Positions 34,186 through 43,179 of a stretch of 64,000 nucleotides of DNA are shown one piece after another. Position numbers and translations under genes: made by a program. Below the pieces are notes generated by a model, which did not search any database, had not been told where the DNA came from, and saw only the letters and a program-made list of their open reading frames with translations. The DNA is from an uncultured Gemmatimonadales bacterium (lineage in GTDB: Bacteria > Gemmatimonadota > Gemmatimonadetes > Gemmatimonadales > GWC2-71-9): positions 131-64,130 of the forward strand of contig CAVQWA010000019.1 in the NCBI GenBank assembly GCA_963717315.1, in the 5' to 3' direction. Position 1 is the first letter of the stretch. Every line of letters begins with the position of its first letter.

Positions 34186-34216
34186 CGAGGGTCGGGCGCC
34201 GAGCGCCCGACCCTCG
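34186..34216. terminator. Bidirectional hairpin terminator candidate
   Basis: CGAGGGTCGGGCGC(34186-34199)-CGA-GCGCCCGACCCTCG(34203-34216), a perfect 14-bp palindrome arm between convergent stops 34155 (+) and 34242 (-). Weak T tract. Confidence 0.6.
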
Positions 34217-34241
34217 CGTGCTTCCCTCCACCAGTCCCGGG

Positions 34242-34505
34242 TCAGGCGGCCTTGCTGCCCGAGAACTTGCGGTAGAGGAAGAGGATGATCAGCGCGCCGA
34301 CGACAGCGAGCAGGATGCTGCCGATGCTGAACGAGTTCACTGTCCCGATGCCGAGCAGCGAACCGACCCAGCCGCCGAGCAGCGCGCCACCGATGCCGAG
34401 GAGGATGGTGACGATGATCCCGCCCGGATCCTTGCCGGGCATGATCCACTTGCCGAGGACGCCGGCGATGAGCCCCATCACAATCCAGCTGAGCAGACCG
34501 CTCAC
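34242..34505 (-). CDS. GlsB/YeaQ/YmgE-family stress-response membrane protein
   Basis: 87 aa. SWIVMGLIAGVLGKWIMPGKDPGGIIVTILLGIGGALLGGWV is the transglycosylase-associated-protein family signature. Confidence 0.88.
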   Translation of the reverse strand: MSGLLSWIVMGLIAGVLGKWIMPGKDPGGIIVTILLGIGGALLGGWVGSLLGIGTVNSFSIGSILLAVVGALIILFLYRKFSGSKAA

Positions 34506-34655
34506 GGGGAACCTCCTGCTGAGGTAGGGACGGGCAACTGCACCAACCTACGCCCCCACCCCTGCCGCGCAAGGCTCAGGCCTCCGGGAGGCCCCCCCTG
34601 ACCCGTTCCAGCCGCCGGCCCGGCGCCGGCGGCATTGGTCCGGGACATCCTCGGC

Positions 34656-37010
34656 TCACCTCCGGATCAGGTACTGGAGCTTGAAGAAGTACTGCCGCGA
34701 GACCTTCGCGTACCGGTCGTCGCCGGGCACGCCCTGCCACCCCTGCGAGGCGCCGGCGTACATCATCGTGAACGGGTTCACGCGGTAGGTCAACAGCGGT
34801 TCCACGCTCCAGTCATCCTCGAAGTCGTCGTACTGCCCGACCAGCCGGAGGAAGAACGAGCGGGTGAACTGCACGCCAAGACGGGTCCGCGCGATGTAGC
34901 CGGAGAAGAACGTCTCCCCGTCCTCCCCCTCGAGCCGCGCGTACGCCAGGCTCGGCTCGATGGTGATCCGGCCGGTCGGCCGCAGGGTGGAGCCCAGCTC
35001 CACGTTCGTGGCGGTCCCGGGCAGCGGCACGGCGGGCGAGCGGAAGATGTCGTCGCCGTGCGCCACGAACAGGCTCATCTCGAACGCCCGGCTCGGCCGG
35101 GTCCGGACGAAGAGCTGGGGCTGGACCATGTCGCGAAAGGTCACGCCCTTGAAGGTCTCCCGCTCGACGCTCACCTCGAGGTCCACGAGGGTCTGGCCGG
35201 TCAGCTCGACCTCGAGCGAGGGCTCGAGGAAGACGCCCTTGAGCTCCCCGTCCCAGTTGTGCTCGACCTCGGCGGACATGTTCGGGTAGACCGCGCTCAC
35301 CAGCCGCCCGGCCGGGCGGAAGGAGAATCCGTTCCAGCCCGCGAACCGGCGGTAGGCGTTGGAGAACTCGAAGCCGTTGTCCGCGCGGAAGGTCGGGCTG
35401 GCCTCGTAGTAGTCGAGGTCGAGGCTCCACGTGCGCCCGTCGCGCTCCAGGCTGAGGTAGCCGGCGTGGCCGTTGAACGCCTCGCCGTCCCAGAGGCCGG
35501 TGTGCTTCCCGTTCGCGAACGTCACCCCCTCGAGGCCGGCGGTGGCTTCCGGGTCGTCGGGCTCCGTGGTCCAGCTCCCGAGGAGCTGCGCCTCCACCCG
35601 CCAGTTCCCCAGGAACTGGAGCGCGCCGTCCACCCCGCCCACGGTGTTCGACCCGCCCTGGTCGTAACGGCGGTCGGTGAGAAGCCCGCCGCCGGACGAC
35701 TGCCGGCCGAAGGTCCGGCGCACGCGCGCGATGTTCGCCACGCTCGTCCGCGTGACCCCGACGAACGACCGCTCCTCGAACGGGATCAGGATCGGCGTGG
35801 TCTCGTCCACCCCGCCGAGGTAGGCGAGGGCGGTGCGACCCATCCGGCCCACCAGCTTGGCGGCGCCGAAGGGGTCATTGATCTGGCGGGTGTTCACGGC
35901 GTCGATGTAGGTGTCGAAGAGCTCGCTCCCCTCCTGGAAGAAGGGCCGCCGCTCGGGGTAGAAGAGGGCGAACGTCGTGTTGACGTCGATCTGCGGCACG
36001 TCCGATTCCACCTGGCTGAAGTCGGGGTTGACCGCCCCCTCTGCCGTCAGCCCCCCGGCGAAGGAGTACTTCACGCCGAGGCCCGCCTCGCCCTTGAAGC
36101 TCCCGCCGTCGAACGCGGAGCCGGGATCGCCCGGGTCCACCACGTGGCCGGACTGCCCCGCCACGAACGAGGGAAGGAGCTCGAGCGCCCCGCCGGGCGA
36201 CGCACCCTCGATGCCCTCGAGCGTGCCCCACTGGCACATGAAGCAGGGATCGTCGCGGCTGATCCGGGCCCAGGTCATCTGGCGGCGCACCTCCCGCGGC
36301 TGGTTCCGCCAGAAGTTGACGCGCCAGGAATGCACCGGGCGCTTCGGGAACCGGAGCGAGGCGAACGGGATGGCGATCTCCACCTGCCAACGGTCCTCGA
36401 GCACCTCCGCCTCGGCGTCCCAGATGAGATCGAAGCCCTCGTCCTCGCCCCCGTTCCCGAGCATCCGCAGGTCCATCTGCACGCCGCGGGGGTTGACGAA
36501 GATCTCGTAGCCCCAGGCCCCGTCGCCGTAGGTGTCGAGCATCAGCCCCACATAATCGTCGGAATAGGGCTTGTCGCGGTCGGTGAGCGTCGAGCGGATC
36601 GCACGGGGGTCGTCCCAGGCGACGATCGCGACGTAGAGATTGTCGGCGTCGTACGTGACGCGGGCCTCGGTGCGAACCGGCGGGAGCACGTTGTCGCGGG
36701 GGTTCCGCTCGGCAAAGTTGCCCGCCACCGGGGCACCGGCCCAGCCGGCGTCGTCCAGGGCGCCGTCCACCACGATCGGGCCGGGGGCGCGCCGCACCAC
36801 GAGGGTCGGCCGGACGTTGGGGGCGAAGGTCTCCGGGGTGGAGCCGGGACCGTCCCGCGGGATCATCAGCGAGGCCGGGGGGAGCCTCGGGGCGGGCGGC
36901 AACTGCTGGTTCTGTGCGGCGATCGAGCCCCGGACAGGAACCGCGGTGCCGAGGAGGGTGAGCACCAGCCAGGCCCAGCCCGGCGCGCACGCGTTCACCT
37001 TGATCGGCAT
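34656..37010 (-). CDS. DUF5916/CBM9-like outer-membrane-type protein
   Basis: 784 aa with a signal peptide. N-terminal VVDGALDDAGWAGAP...YDADNLYVAIVAWD is CBM9-like. Long beta-strand-rich C-terminus ending FFKLQYLIRR. Confidence 0.78.
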   Translation of the reverse strand: MPIKVNACAPGWAWLVLTLLGTAVPVRGSIAAQNQQLPPAPRLPPASLMIPRDGPGSTPETFAPNVRPTLVVRRAPGPIVVDGALDDAGWAGAPVAGNFAERNPRDNVLPPVRTEARVTYDADNLYVAIVAWDDPRAIRSTLTDRDKPYSDDYVGLMLDTYGDGAWGYEIFVNPRGVQMDLRMLGNGGEDEGFDLIWDAEAEVLEDRWQVEIAIPFASLRFPKRPVHSWRVNFWRNQPREVRRQMTWARISRDDPCFMCQWGTLEGIEGASPGGALELLPSFVAGQSGHVVDPGDPGSAFDGGSFKGEAGLGVKYSFAGGLTAEGAVNPDFSQVESDVPQIDVNTTFALFYPERRPFFQEGSELFDTYIDAVNTRQINDPFGAAKLVGRMGRTALAYLGGVDETTPILIPFEERSFVGVTRTSVANIARVRRTFGRQSSGGGLLTDRRYDQGGSNTVGGVDGALQFLGNWRVEAQLLGSWTTEPDDPEATAGLEGVTFANGKHTGLWDGEAFNGHAGYLSLERDGRTWSLDLDYYEASPTFRADNGFEFSNAYRRFAGWNGFSFRPAGRLVSAVYPNMSAEVEHNWDGELKGVFLEPSLEVELTGQTLVDLEVSVERETFKGVTFRDMVQPQLFVRTRPSRAFEMSLFVAHGDDIFRSPAVPLPGTATNVELGSTLRPTGRITIEPSLAYARLEGEDGETFFSGYIARTRLGVQFTRSFFLRLVGQYDDFEDDWSVEPLLTYRVNPFTMMYAGASQGWQGVPGDDRYAKVSRQYFFKLQYLIRR

Positions 37011-37316
37011 CGGAGACCCCGTTTCGTAGTGGAACGCTGCCAGTCACTACGACACCCGTAGAAATCAGGTTTCAGGGGGTTGGACGGCGGGAACCTCCGG
37101 ATGGTTGCGGGGAGAGGGCCGGGGGGAGGTAGCCAGCTACTGCTTCGGGAACCGCGCGAAGATCCGGTTGACGATCTTCCACTCCCCGTTGATGCGGACA
37201 GCACGACCCGCCCGGCCACGTCGTCACTGTCGTTTGGCCCCGTCCCGCCCCGCATGCACCGTTGGCGTGGGGTGGAGCAACAAGGGTCCACAAGAGGGAC
37301 CGGGCTGGCGAGGCGG

Positions 37317-37384
37317 TTCCCTGCGTCCCCTGCGCCGCTGCGGTGAATGCAGTTCTCCGCGGCCCTACGCGCCTCCGCGGTGAA
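37317..37384 (-). repeat. REP/BIME-like repeat units (solo, inverted orientation)
   Basis: TTCCCTGCGTCCCCTGCGCCGCTGCGGTGAATGCAGTTCTCCGCGGCCCTACGCGCCTCCGCGGTGAA. It ends exactly at the stop codon 37385-37387 of the next gene. Confidence 0.85.
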
Positions 37385-38551
37385 TCACAGCAGGCCGGTG
37401 CCCACATTGGGCCGGCCCTCGGCGAACCGGGACGGCCGGAATGCGCTGACGTCGAGCGGCGGCGGCTCCCCGACGATCAGCGCCGCCAGCGCCTCGCCCA
37501 GCGCGGGCGAGTGCATCACCCCGTGGCCTGACGAGCCGTTGACGAGGAAGAGCCCTGGGACCTCGGGCGCCTCCCCCAGGATCGCATGCCGGTCGGGCGA
37601 CATCTCGTAGAGCCCGCAGTGGCACGCCGCGGGGTCGATCGGCACCCGCGCCGCCGCCGGCAGCCGCGCCGCGGCCAGCGCCATCACCCTCGGCACCCAG
37701 TCGTCGCGCCAGGTCGGTTCGTCCGACTCCTCCTCCCCCACCTCGTGCGGCCAGAGCCAGAGGATCCGCCCGTCGCGCACCCGGGCGTGGAAGCCGTCCT
37801 CGACGTAGGCGGTCATCGGCATCGAGGGGGGCAGGGCCCCGGTCGGCACCGTGGCCGCCACCTGCCGGCGCACCGGGCGCACCGGGAGATCCAGGCCCGC
37901 CCTCGCCGCGAAGCGCCCCGCCCACGGTCCCGCAGCGTTCACCACCGCGTGCGCGGCGATCCGTCCATCGGTCGTCTCGACTCCCGCCACGCGCCCGCCG
38001 TCCCGCACGAGGCCGGTCACCTCGACGCCCCACTCGACCCGGGCCCCGAGCCGGACGGCCGCCTCGAGGTACCCGCGCGCGATGCCCATCGGGCGGATGA
38101 ACCCGTCCACCGGCGAGAAGACGCCGCCGATGATCCCGTCCGGCGCCAGCGCCGGATTGAGCTCGAGCACTTCCACCGCGCTGACCTCCCGCGGCCAGGG
38201 CGCCCCCGCCCCGTGCTGCACCGCCTGGGCCTGCCGGAGCACTGCGAGGTCCTCCTCCCGCCGCGCCACGAAGAGGTAGCCGAACGGCTGGTACCCGGGA
38301 TCCCCGCCAACCTCCGCCGCGAACGCCAGCAGCTTCTCCCGCGAGCGCACGGACAGCCGGACGTTCGCCGCGGTGTCGTACTGCACCCGGAAGCCGCCGG
38401 TGGCGCGGCCGGTGCTCCCGGCGCCGGGCCCGGGCGCACGGTCGAGCAGCAGGAGATCGCGCACCCCGCGCTGCACGAGATGCCAATCCACGCTCGCGCC
38501 CATCACGCCCGCCCCGACGATCACGACCTCGGTGCCCCGGGGCAGGGTCAC
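37385..38551 (-). CDS. FAD-dependent oxidoreductase (DAO family; glycine/sarcosine/D-amino-acid oxidase-like)
   Basis: 388 aa. N-terminal VVIVGAGVMGASV dinucleotide fold. C-terminal NGSSGHGVMHSPALGE is typical of the DAO family. Confidence 0.88.
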   Translation of the reverse strand: MTLPRGTEVVIVGAGVMGASVDWHLVQRGVRDLLLLDRAPGPGAGSTGRATGGFRVQYDTAANVRLSVRSREKLLAFAAEVGGDPGYQPFGYLFVARREEDLAVLRQAQAVQHGAGAPWPREVSAVEVLELNPALAPDGIIGGVFSPVDGFIRPMGIARGYLEAAVRLGARVEWGVEVTGLVRDGGRVAGVETTDGRIAAHAVVNAAGPWAGRFAARAGLDLPVRPVRRQVAATVPTGALPPSMPMTAYVEDGFHARVRDGRILWLWPHEVGEEESDEPTWRDDWVPRVMALAAARLPAAARVPIDPAACHCGLYEMSPDRHAILGEAPEVPGLFLVNGSSGHGVMHSPALGEALAALIVGEPPPLDVSAFRPSRFAEGRPNVGTGLL

Positions 38552-38576
38552 TGCGCGGACACCGGCACGCAGGCGC

Positions 38577-39896
38577 TCACGGCCGGTCCTTTCCGGACGG
38601 GGAGAGGGTGAAGACGGTCTCGGCGCCGGGGCCCTCGCCGCGGCGGGCCACGAGCTGCGCCGGGGCGCCGAGCCGGATGCCCCGCCGCGCGCCGCCGGTC
38701 TCGAGCATCACGGGAGAGGGGACGAGGACCAGCCCGGATGCGTCCACGGTGTCGATCGCGGCGAAGTCGCGGAGGTCGCCCACATCCTCGAGGAGGAGTC
38801 CGGAGGCGCCGACGCCCCCGCCGTGGACGAACCCCAGGTCGGCCTGCACCGGGGCGAGGCCCGGGACCTGGAGCATGCCGCCCACCACCACGAGGTCGTA
38901 GGGCGTGGAGGCGTTTTCCGGCAGGTCATCGTAGGGCGCCGTCTTCCCGGGCACCTCGGGGTTCGCGGCGATCGTCTCCAGCGCGGTCACCAGTGCCGCG
39001 AAGTTGAGCGCACGGAGCCGCTGCTTCTCGGGGTCGCCGGTGAGCTGGCCGGTCTCCAGCAGCACCGTGCTGGCCCCCCAGGTCTGCATCGCGTCGCCGA
39101 ACGCGCGGGGCGACCAGGTGTCATCGTACCGGGCGATTCGGCCGGGCAGGTACCGCCCGAGCACGCCGGCCATCACGGCGGCGAGCCGCCTCGCGCGCTG
39201 GCGGGTCGGCATCCAGCTCCTGGCCGAGTCCGCCGCCGGCGCCAGCAGGGCGAACGCCGCCTGCAGCCCGCCCCGGCCCACCCGGCTCCGGCCGCTCTGA
39301 TCGTGGAGGTTGAACGCGAAGTGCGGCTCGACTGCGTCGCGCACCCGCTTGAGGGCCTGCGCCTCCGGCGTCACCTGACGCCGCGCGTCGCGATTCACGT
39401 CGATGCCCCAGGCGTTCTCCCGCCGGAAGCGCGCCGCGCCGTCGGGGTTGAGCATCGGGAGCAGCACCACGGTGAGCCGCTCGGCGATCCGGTCGCGCCG
39501 CGGGTCCGGCGCGGAGTCGGCCAGCCAGTGGATGACGTCCGCCAACGCCATCGTGGCACTCGACTCGTCGCCGTGCATCTGGCTCCAGAGGAGCAGCCGG
39601 GTCGGGCCCCGGCCGAAGGTGATGGTGCGAATCGGGCGACCCTCGCCCGAACGGCCCACCTCCTCGATCCGGAACGCCGGGTGCTCCCGGACGCCGGCCA
39701 CCGCCTCCCAGAACCGTTCCGGGAGGAACCGCTTCGAGGTGATCGCCTCGGCCCGGTGGCGGGCCGCGAGGGCAAGGAGGGGATCGTCCTGCGCGGCCGC
39801 GGGGGCGGCGGTGAGGGCCAGGACGGCCAGCACGGCCAGGGCGGCTCGGCGGCTCGGCGGCTCGGCGGCTTGGCGGAACACGGCAGCGGCTGGCAT
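38577..39896 (-). CDS. Zinc carboxypeptidase, peptidase family M14, secreted
   Basis: Track ORF 38577..40082 with the start at ATG 39894-39896 (signal peptide ...LTAAPAAAQ). SQMHGDESSAT (HxxE), LPMLNPDGA, FNLHDQ. Confidence 0.85.
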   Translation of the reverse strand: MPAAAVFRQAAEPPSRRAALAVLAVLALTAAPAAAQDDPLLALAARHRAEAITSKRFLPERFWEAVAGVREHPAFRIEEVGRSGEGRPIRTITFGRGPTRLLLWSQMHGDESSATMALADVIHWLADSAPDPRRDRIAERLTVVLLPMLNPDGAARFRRENAWGIDVNRDARRQVTPEAQALKRVRDAVEPHFAFNLHDQSGRSRVGRGGLQAAFALLAPAADSARSWMPTRQRARRLAAVMAGVLGRYLPGRIARYDDTWSPRAFGDAMQTWGASTVLLETGQLTGDPEKQRLRALNFAALVTALETIAANPEVPGKTAPYDDLPENASTPYDLVVVGGMLQVPGLAPVQADLGFVHGGGVGASGLLLEDVGDLRDFAAIDTVDASGLVLVPSPVMLETGGARRGIRLGAPAQLVARRGEGPGAETVFTLSPSGKDRP

Positions 39897-40029
39897 GTGA
39901 TGGGCCTGAAGGGTGTGAAGGGGGAACTTAGCGCGTGCAGCGCCCACGGCGGAACCGCCCGGGCTGGCCGAACCGCGCACGGGACTGCATCTTACCGGGG
40001 CAGCCTCCCCCCTGACACCGGAATCCACG

Positions 40030-43000
40030 CTGACCGACTTCGACGGCCGTCTCGCCAGCGTCCTCGGCGACCAGTACCGCATCGAGCGCGAGCTGGGTGG
40101 CGGGGGGATGAGCCGCGTCTACCTGGCCGAGGAGGTGAAGCTCGGCCGGCGCGTGGTCATCAAGGTGTTGCCGCCGGAGATGTCCGCGGCGGTGAGCGTG
40201 GAGCGCTTCGAGCGGGAGATCCGGCTCGCGGCGCGGCTGCAGCATCCCCACGTGGTGCCCTTCCTCACCGCCGGCGGCGGCGGCGACCTCCTCTACTACG
40301 TCATGCCGTACATCGAGGGCGAGTCGCTCCGCGCGAAGCTCGCCCGCGAGGGCGAGCTGCCGATCGCGGAGGCGATGGAGATCCTCCGCGACGCCACCGA
40401 GGCGCTGGCCGAGGCGCACCGGCAGGGGATCGTGCACCGCGACATCAAGCCCGACAACATCCTGCTCTCCCGGGGCCACGGGATGGTGACCGACTTCGGG
40501 GTGGCGAAGGCGGTGGCGGAGAGCGGGCGGGGCGGCACGCTCACCAGCATCGGCGTGGCGCTCGGTACCCCGACGTACATGAGCCCGGAGCAGGCGGTGG
40601 CGGATCCGCACACCGACCACCGGGCCGACATCTACGCGCTGGGCTGCGTGGCGTATGAGATGCTCTGCGGCCGCCCGCCGTTCGACGCGGTGACGCCGCA
40701 GGCGATGATCGCGGCGCACGTCACCCGGCAGCCCGACCCGGTGAGCCGCTACCGGTCCACGATTCCGCCGGCGCTCGCGGCGGTGGTGCACCGCTGCCTG
40801 GAGAAGAAGCCGGCCGACCGGTTCCAGAACGCGGACGAGCTGCTCCGGGCGCTGGCCGGGGTGATGACGCCGACGGGGATGACGCCGGCTGCCACTGCAC
40901 CCTACCCAATCCCGGACCGTGGGACGGCGGGACGGCGGGTTGCGGCAGCTCACCCGCTTCGGGTGGTGGGCTATTTCGTCCTGGCCGCCGTGGCCGTCCT
41001 GGCCGTCGTGGCCGCCCTGGCGAAGGGAGTGGGGCTCCCGCAGTGGGTGATGCCGGCGGCCATCGCCCTCCTCGCCGTCGGGCTCCCGGTCATGGTCCTG
41101 ACCGGCCTGCAGGAGCGGCGGCGGCACGTGGCGCGGACCACGGGGATGCACGTCGCGACTCCGGCCGGTCTTCCCGCCCTCTTCACCTGGAAGCGCGCGG
41201 TCCTCGGCGGCGGCCTCGCCTTCGGGGCCCTGGCGGTGGTGACCGGCGGCTACATGGCGGCCCGCAGCTTCGGCATTGGCGGGATGGGCACGCTGATGGC
41301 CACCGGTGCCCTCGACGCGCGCGACCCGATGGTGCTGGCCGACTTCACCAACCGCACGCCGGACTCGGCACTGGGCGTCTCGGTCACCGACGCCCTCCGG
41401 GTGGACCTCTCGCAGAGCCCCGTCGTCCGGCTGCTCGATGCCCGCGCCGTCCGCGCCGGCCTGGAGCGGATGCAGCGCGATCCCGCCACGCTGCTCGACG
41501 CCGAGCTCGCGCGGGAGCTGGCCCAGCGGGAGAACGCGAAAGCGGTGATCACTGGCGAGATCGGCACCGTGGGGAGCGGCTTCGTCCTCACCGCGCGCAT
41601 CGTGGGCGCCTCGGACGGCCGGGAGATGGTGGCGCTCCGGGAGACGGCGAAGGACGAGGGCGAGATCCTCGCCGCGCTCGACCGGCTCTCGAAGGCGCTG
41701 CGGGAGCGGATCGGCGAATCGCTCAAGTCGCTGCAGAACACCGAGCGGCTGGAACGCGCCACCACGACGTCGCTCGCCGCGCTCAAGAAGTACTCGGAAG
41801 GGGTGCGGCTCGACGACGCGGGAGACTACCGGGCCGCCTACACCGCGCTCCGCGAGGCGGTGGCGGCGGACTCCACCTTCGCGATGGCGTGGCGCAAGCT
41901 CGGCGTGGTGGTGCCGCGCGCCGGCGTGGCCGACTCGATCGGGGACGACGCGATCACCCGGGCCTACCGGCTCCGGGAGCGCCTGCCGCCGCTCGAACGG
42001 GAGCTGGCAATCAGCTCGTACTACTTCGGGGTGGATCCCGTTCCCGATTCCGCGATCGCCGCCCTCCGGCGGGCCCAGGCGATCGACCCGGAGGACCGGA
42101 CCTCAGGCACCAACCTGCCCTACCTGCTCAGCCTGCTGGGCCGCTACGAGGAGGCCGAGCCACTCGCGCGCGAGCAACTGGCGCGCGACCCGTCCTACTT
42201 CGCGTTCGAACGGCTCACCGTTTCCCTCGAAGGCCAGGGGCGGACCGCCGAGGCGGAGTCGGTGGCCACCGACTTCGTCCGGAGGTACCCGACGCACCCG
42301 GCCGGCGCCATCTTCCTCGCGGACAACGCCTTCGCGAGGGGTGACTACGCCCGCTCCGACAGCTTCGCCCGGCTGCCAGTGCTGAACCAGCCCGGCTCCC
42401 CGGCGCGGGTTGCTGCGCTCAACCTCCGTGCCCGGGCGGCGATCGTGCGGGGCCGCCTGGCCCTGGCGGACCGGCTGCTCGACTCGATGGCGCTGGAAGG
42501 CACCGCCCTCGGTGACAGCGCGACGATGCTCGGCGCCTTCCGCCGGAAGCTCGCGGCGGACCGTGGGCTCCGGCCGGTCCCGAGGCTGAGCCCCAGCGGC
42601 CTCGACTCGATCCTCCGGTTTCCCGGCGTGAGCCGCACCGCAAGTTTCGGCAACAGTCTCTACCTCGGTGCGATGACGGCGGCGGAGTCGGGCGACACCG
42701 CGACGGCCCGGCGGCTCTTCGACGAGGCCGACCGCCACCTCGACGCGGCCGGCCGCCGTCGGGTGCCGGGGCGGGCGGCGGCGGCGGCGGTCCTCGCACG
42801 CGAGGCCGGCCGGTACGACGAGGCCCTGCGCCTCGCGGGCCAGGAGTCGCCGACCTTCGCCGATCCCTGCGCCCGCTGCGCCGACCACATGCGCGCCCGG
42901 ATCTGGGAGGCCGCAGGCAACCGGGACTCCGCGCTCGCGGCCTACGAGCGCGCCCTGACCCGGCGGGCGCCGGGCTCGAGCAGCTTCGAGGAGGCCGCCA

Positions 43001-43179
43001 TCCCGCAGGCCTACCGCCGCCTGGGCGAGCTGTACGAGCAGGAGGGCGACCGCGCGAAGGCCGCCGACTGGTACCAGAAGTTCGTGGATCTCTGGCGCGA
43101 GGCCGACCCCGAACTGCAGCCCGTCGTCGCCGAAGTGAAGCAGCGCCTGGCCCAACTCAGCGGGGAGCCGAAGCGATGA
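40030..43179 (+). CDS. Ser/Thr protein kinase with TM segment and periplasmic TPR-like domain (start codon uncertain)
   Basis: The track gives ATG 40108, but that removes the glycine loop (YRIERELGGGGMSRVY). The frame is open back to 39919 and contains only CTG codons (40012, 40030). Motifs VIKVL, HRDIKPDN, DFGVAK, YMSPEQ. Confidence 0.85.
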   Translation: MTDFDGRLASVLGDQYRIERELGGGGMSRVYLAEEVKLGRRVVIKVLPPEMSAAVSVERFEREIRLAARLQHPHVVPFLTAGGGGDLLYYVMPYIEGESLRAKLAREGELPIAEAMEILRDATEALAEAHRQGIVHRDIKPDNILLSRGHGMVTDFGVAKAVAESGRGGTLTSIGVALGTPTYMSPEQAVADPHTDHRADIYALGCVAYEMLCGRPPFDAVTPQAMIAAHVTRQPDPVSRYRSTIPPALAAVVHRCLEKKPADRFQNADELLRALAGVMTPTGMTPAATAPYPIPDRGTAGRRVAAAHPLRVVGYFVLAAVAVLAVVAALAKGVGLPQWVMPAAIALLAVGLPVMVLTGLQERRRHVARTTGMHVATPAGLPALFTWKRAVLGGGLAFGALAVVTGGYMAARSFGIGGMGTLMATGALDARDPMVLADFTNRTPDSALGVSVTDALRVDLSQSPVVRLLDARAVRAGLERMQRDPATLLDAELARELAQRENAKAVITGEIGTVGSGFVLTARIVGASDGREMVALRETAKDEGEILAALDRLSKALRERIGESLKSLQNTERLERATTTSLAALKKYSEGVRLDDAGDYRAAYTALREAVAADSTFAMAWRKLGVVVPRAGVADSIGDDAITRAYRLRERLPPLERELAISSYYFGVDPVPDSAIAALRRAQAIDPEDRTSGTNLPYLLSLLGRYEEAEPLAREQLARDPSYFAFERLTVSLEGQGRTAEAESVATDFVRRYPTHPAGAIFLADNAFARGDYARSDSFARLPVLNQPGSPARVAALNLRARAAIVRGRLALADRLLDSMALEGTALGDSATMLGAFRRKLAADRGLRPVPRLSPSGLDSILRFPGVSRTASFGNSLYLGAMTAAESGDTATARRLFDEADRHLDAAGRRRVPGRAAAAAVLAREAGRYDEALRLAGQESPTFADPCARCADHMRARIWEAAGNRDSALAAYERALTRRAPGSSSFEEAAIPQAYRRLGELYEQEGDRAKAADWYQKFVDLWREADPELQPVVAEVKQRLAQLSGEPKR

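Noticed and set aside
34575-34600. Short palindrome GGCCTCCGGGAGGCC downstream of the DUF5916 gene, and TCACCCGGGCGGGTGA near 20660, considered as terminators.
   Set aside because: The stems are only 6 bp and have no U tract. They are indistinguishable from chance palindromes in GC-rich DNA.
37137-37223. Minus-strand frame ending ...AVRINGEWKIVNRIFARFPKQ-stop, reminiscent of the C-terminus of an NTF2/SnoaL/DUF4440-like protein, in the 374-bp spacer 37011-37384.
   Set aside because: Only about 28 codons are open before an in-frame TGA. This is too short to support as a gene or pseudogene without a database search. It is possibly a relic.
40108-40110. ATG 40108 as the true start of the first Ser/Thr kinase, as in the ORF track.
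   Set aside because: It lies inside the conserved glycine-rich ATP-binding loop, and the paralogue shows 25 more conserved residues upstream. It is kept only as the fallback if no non-canonical initiation is confirmed.
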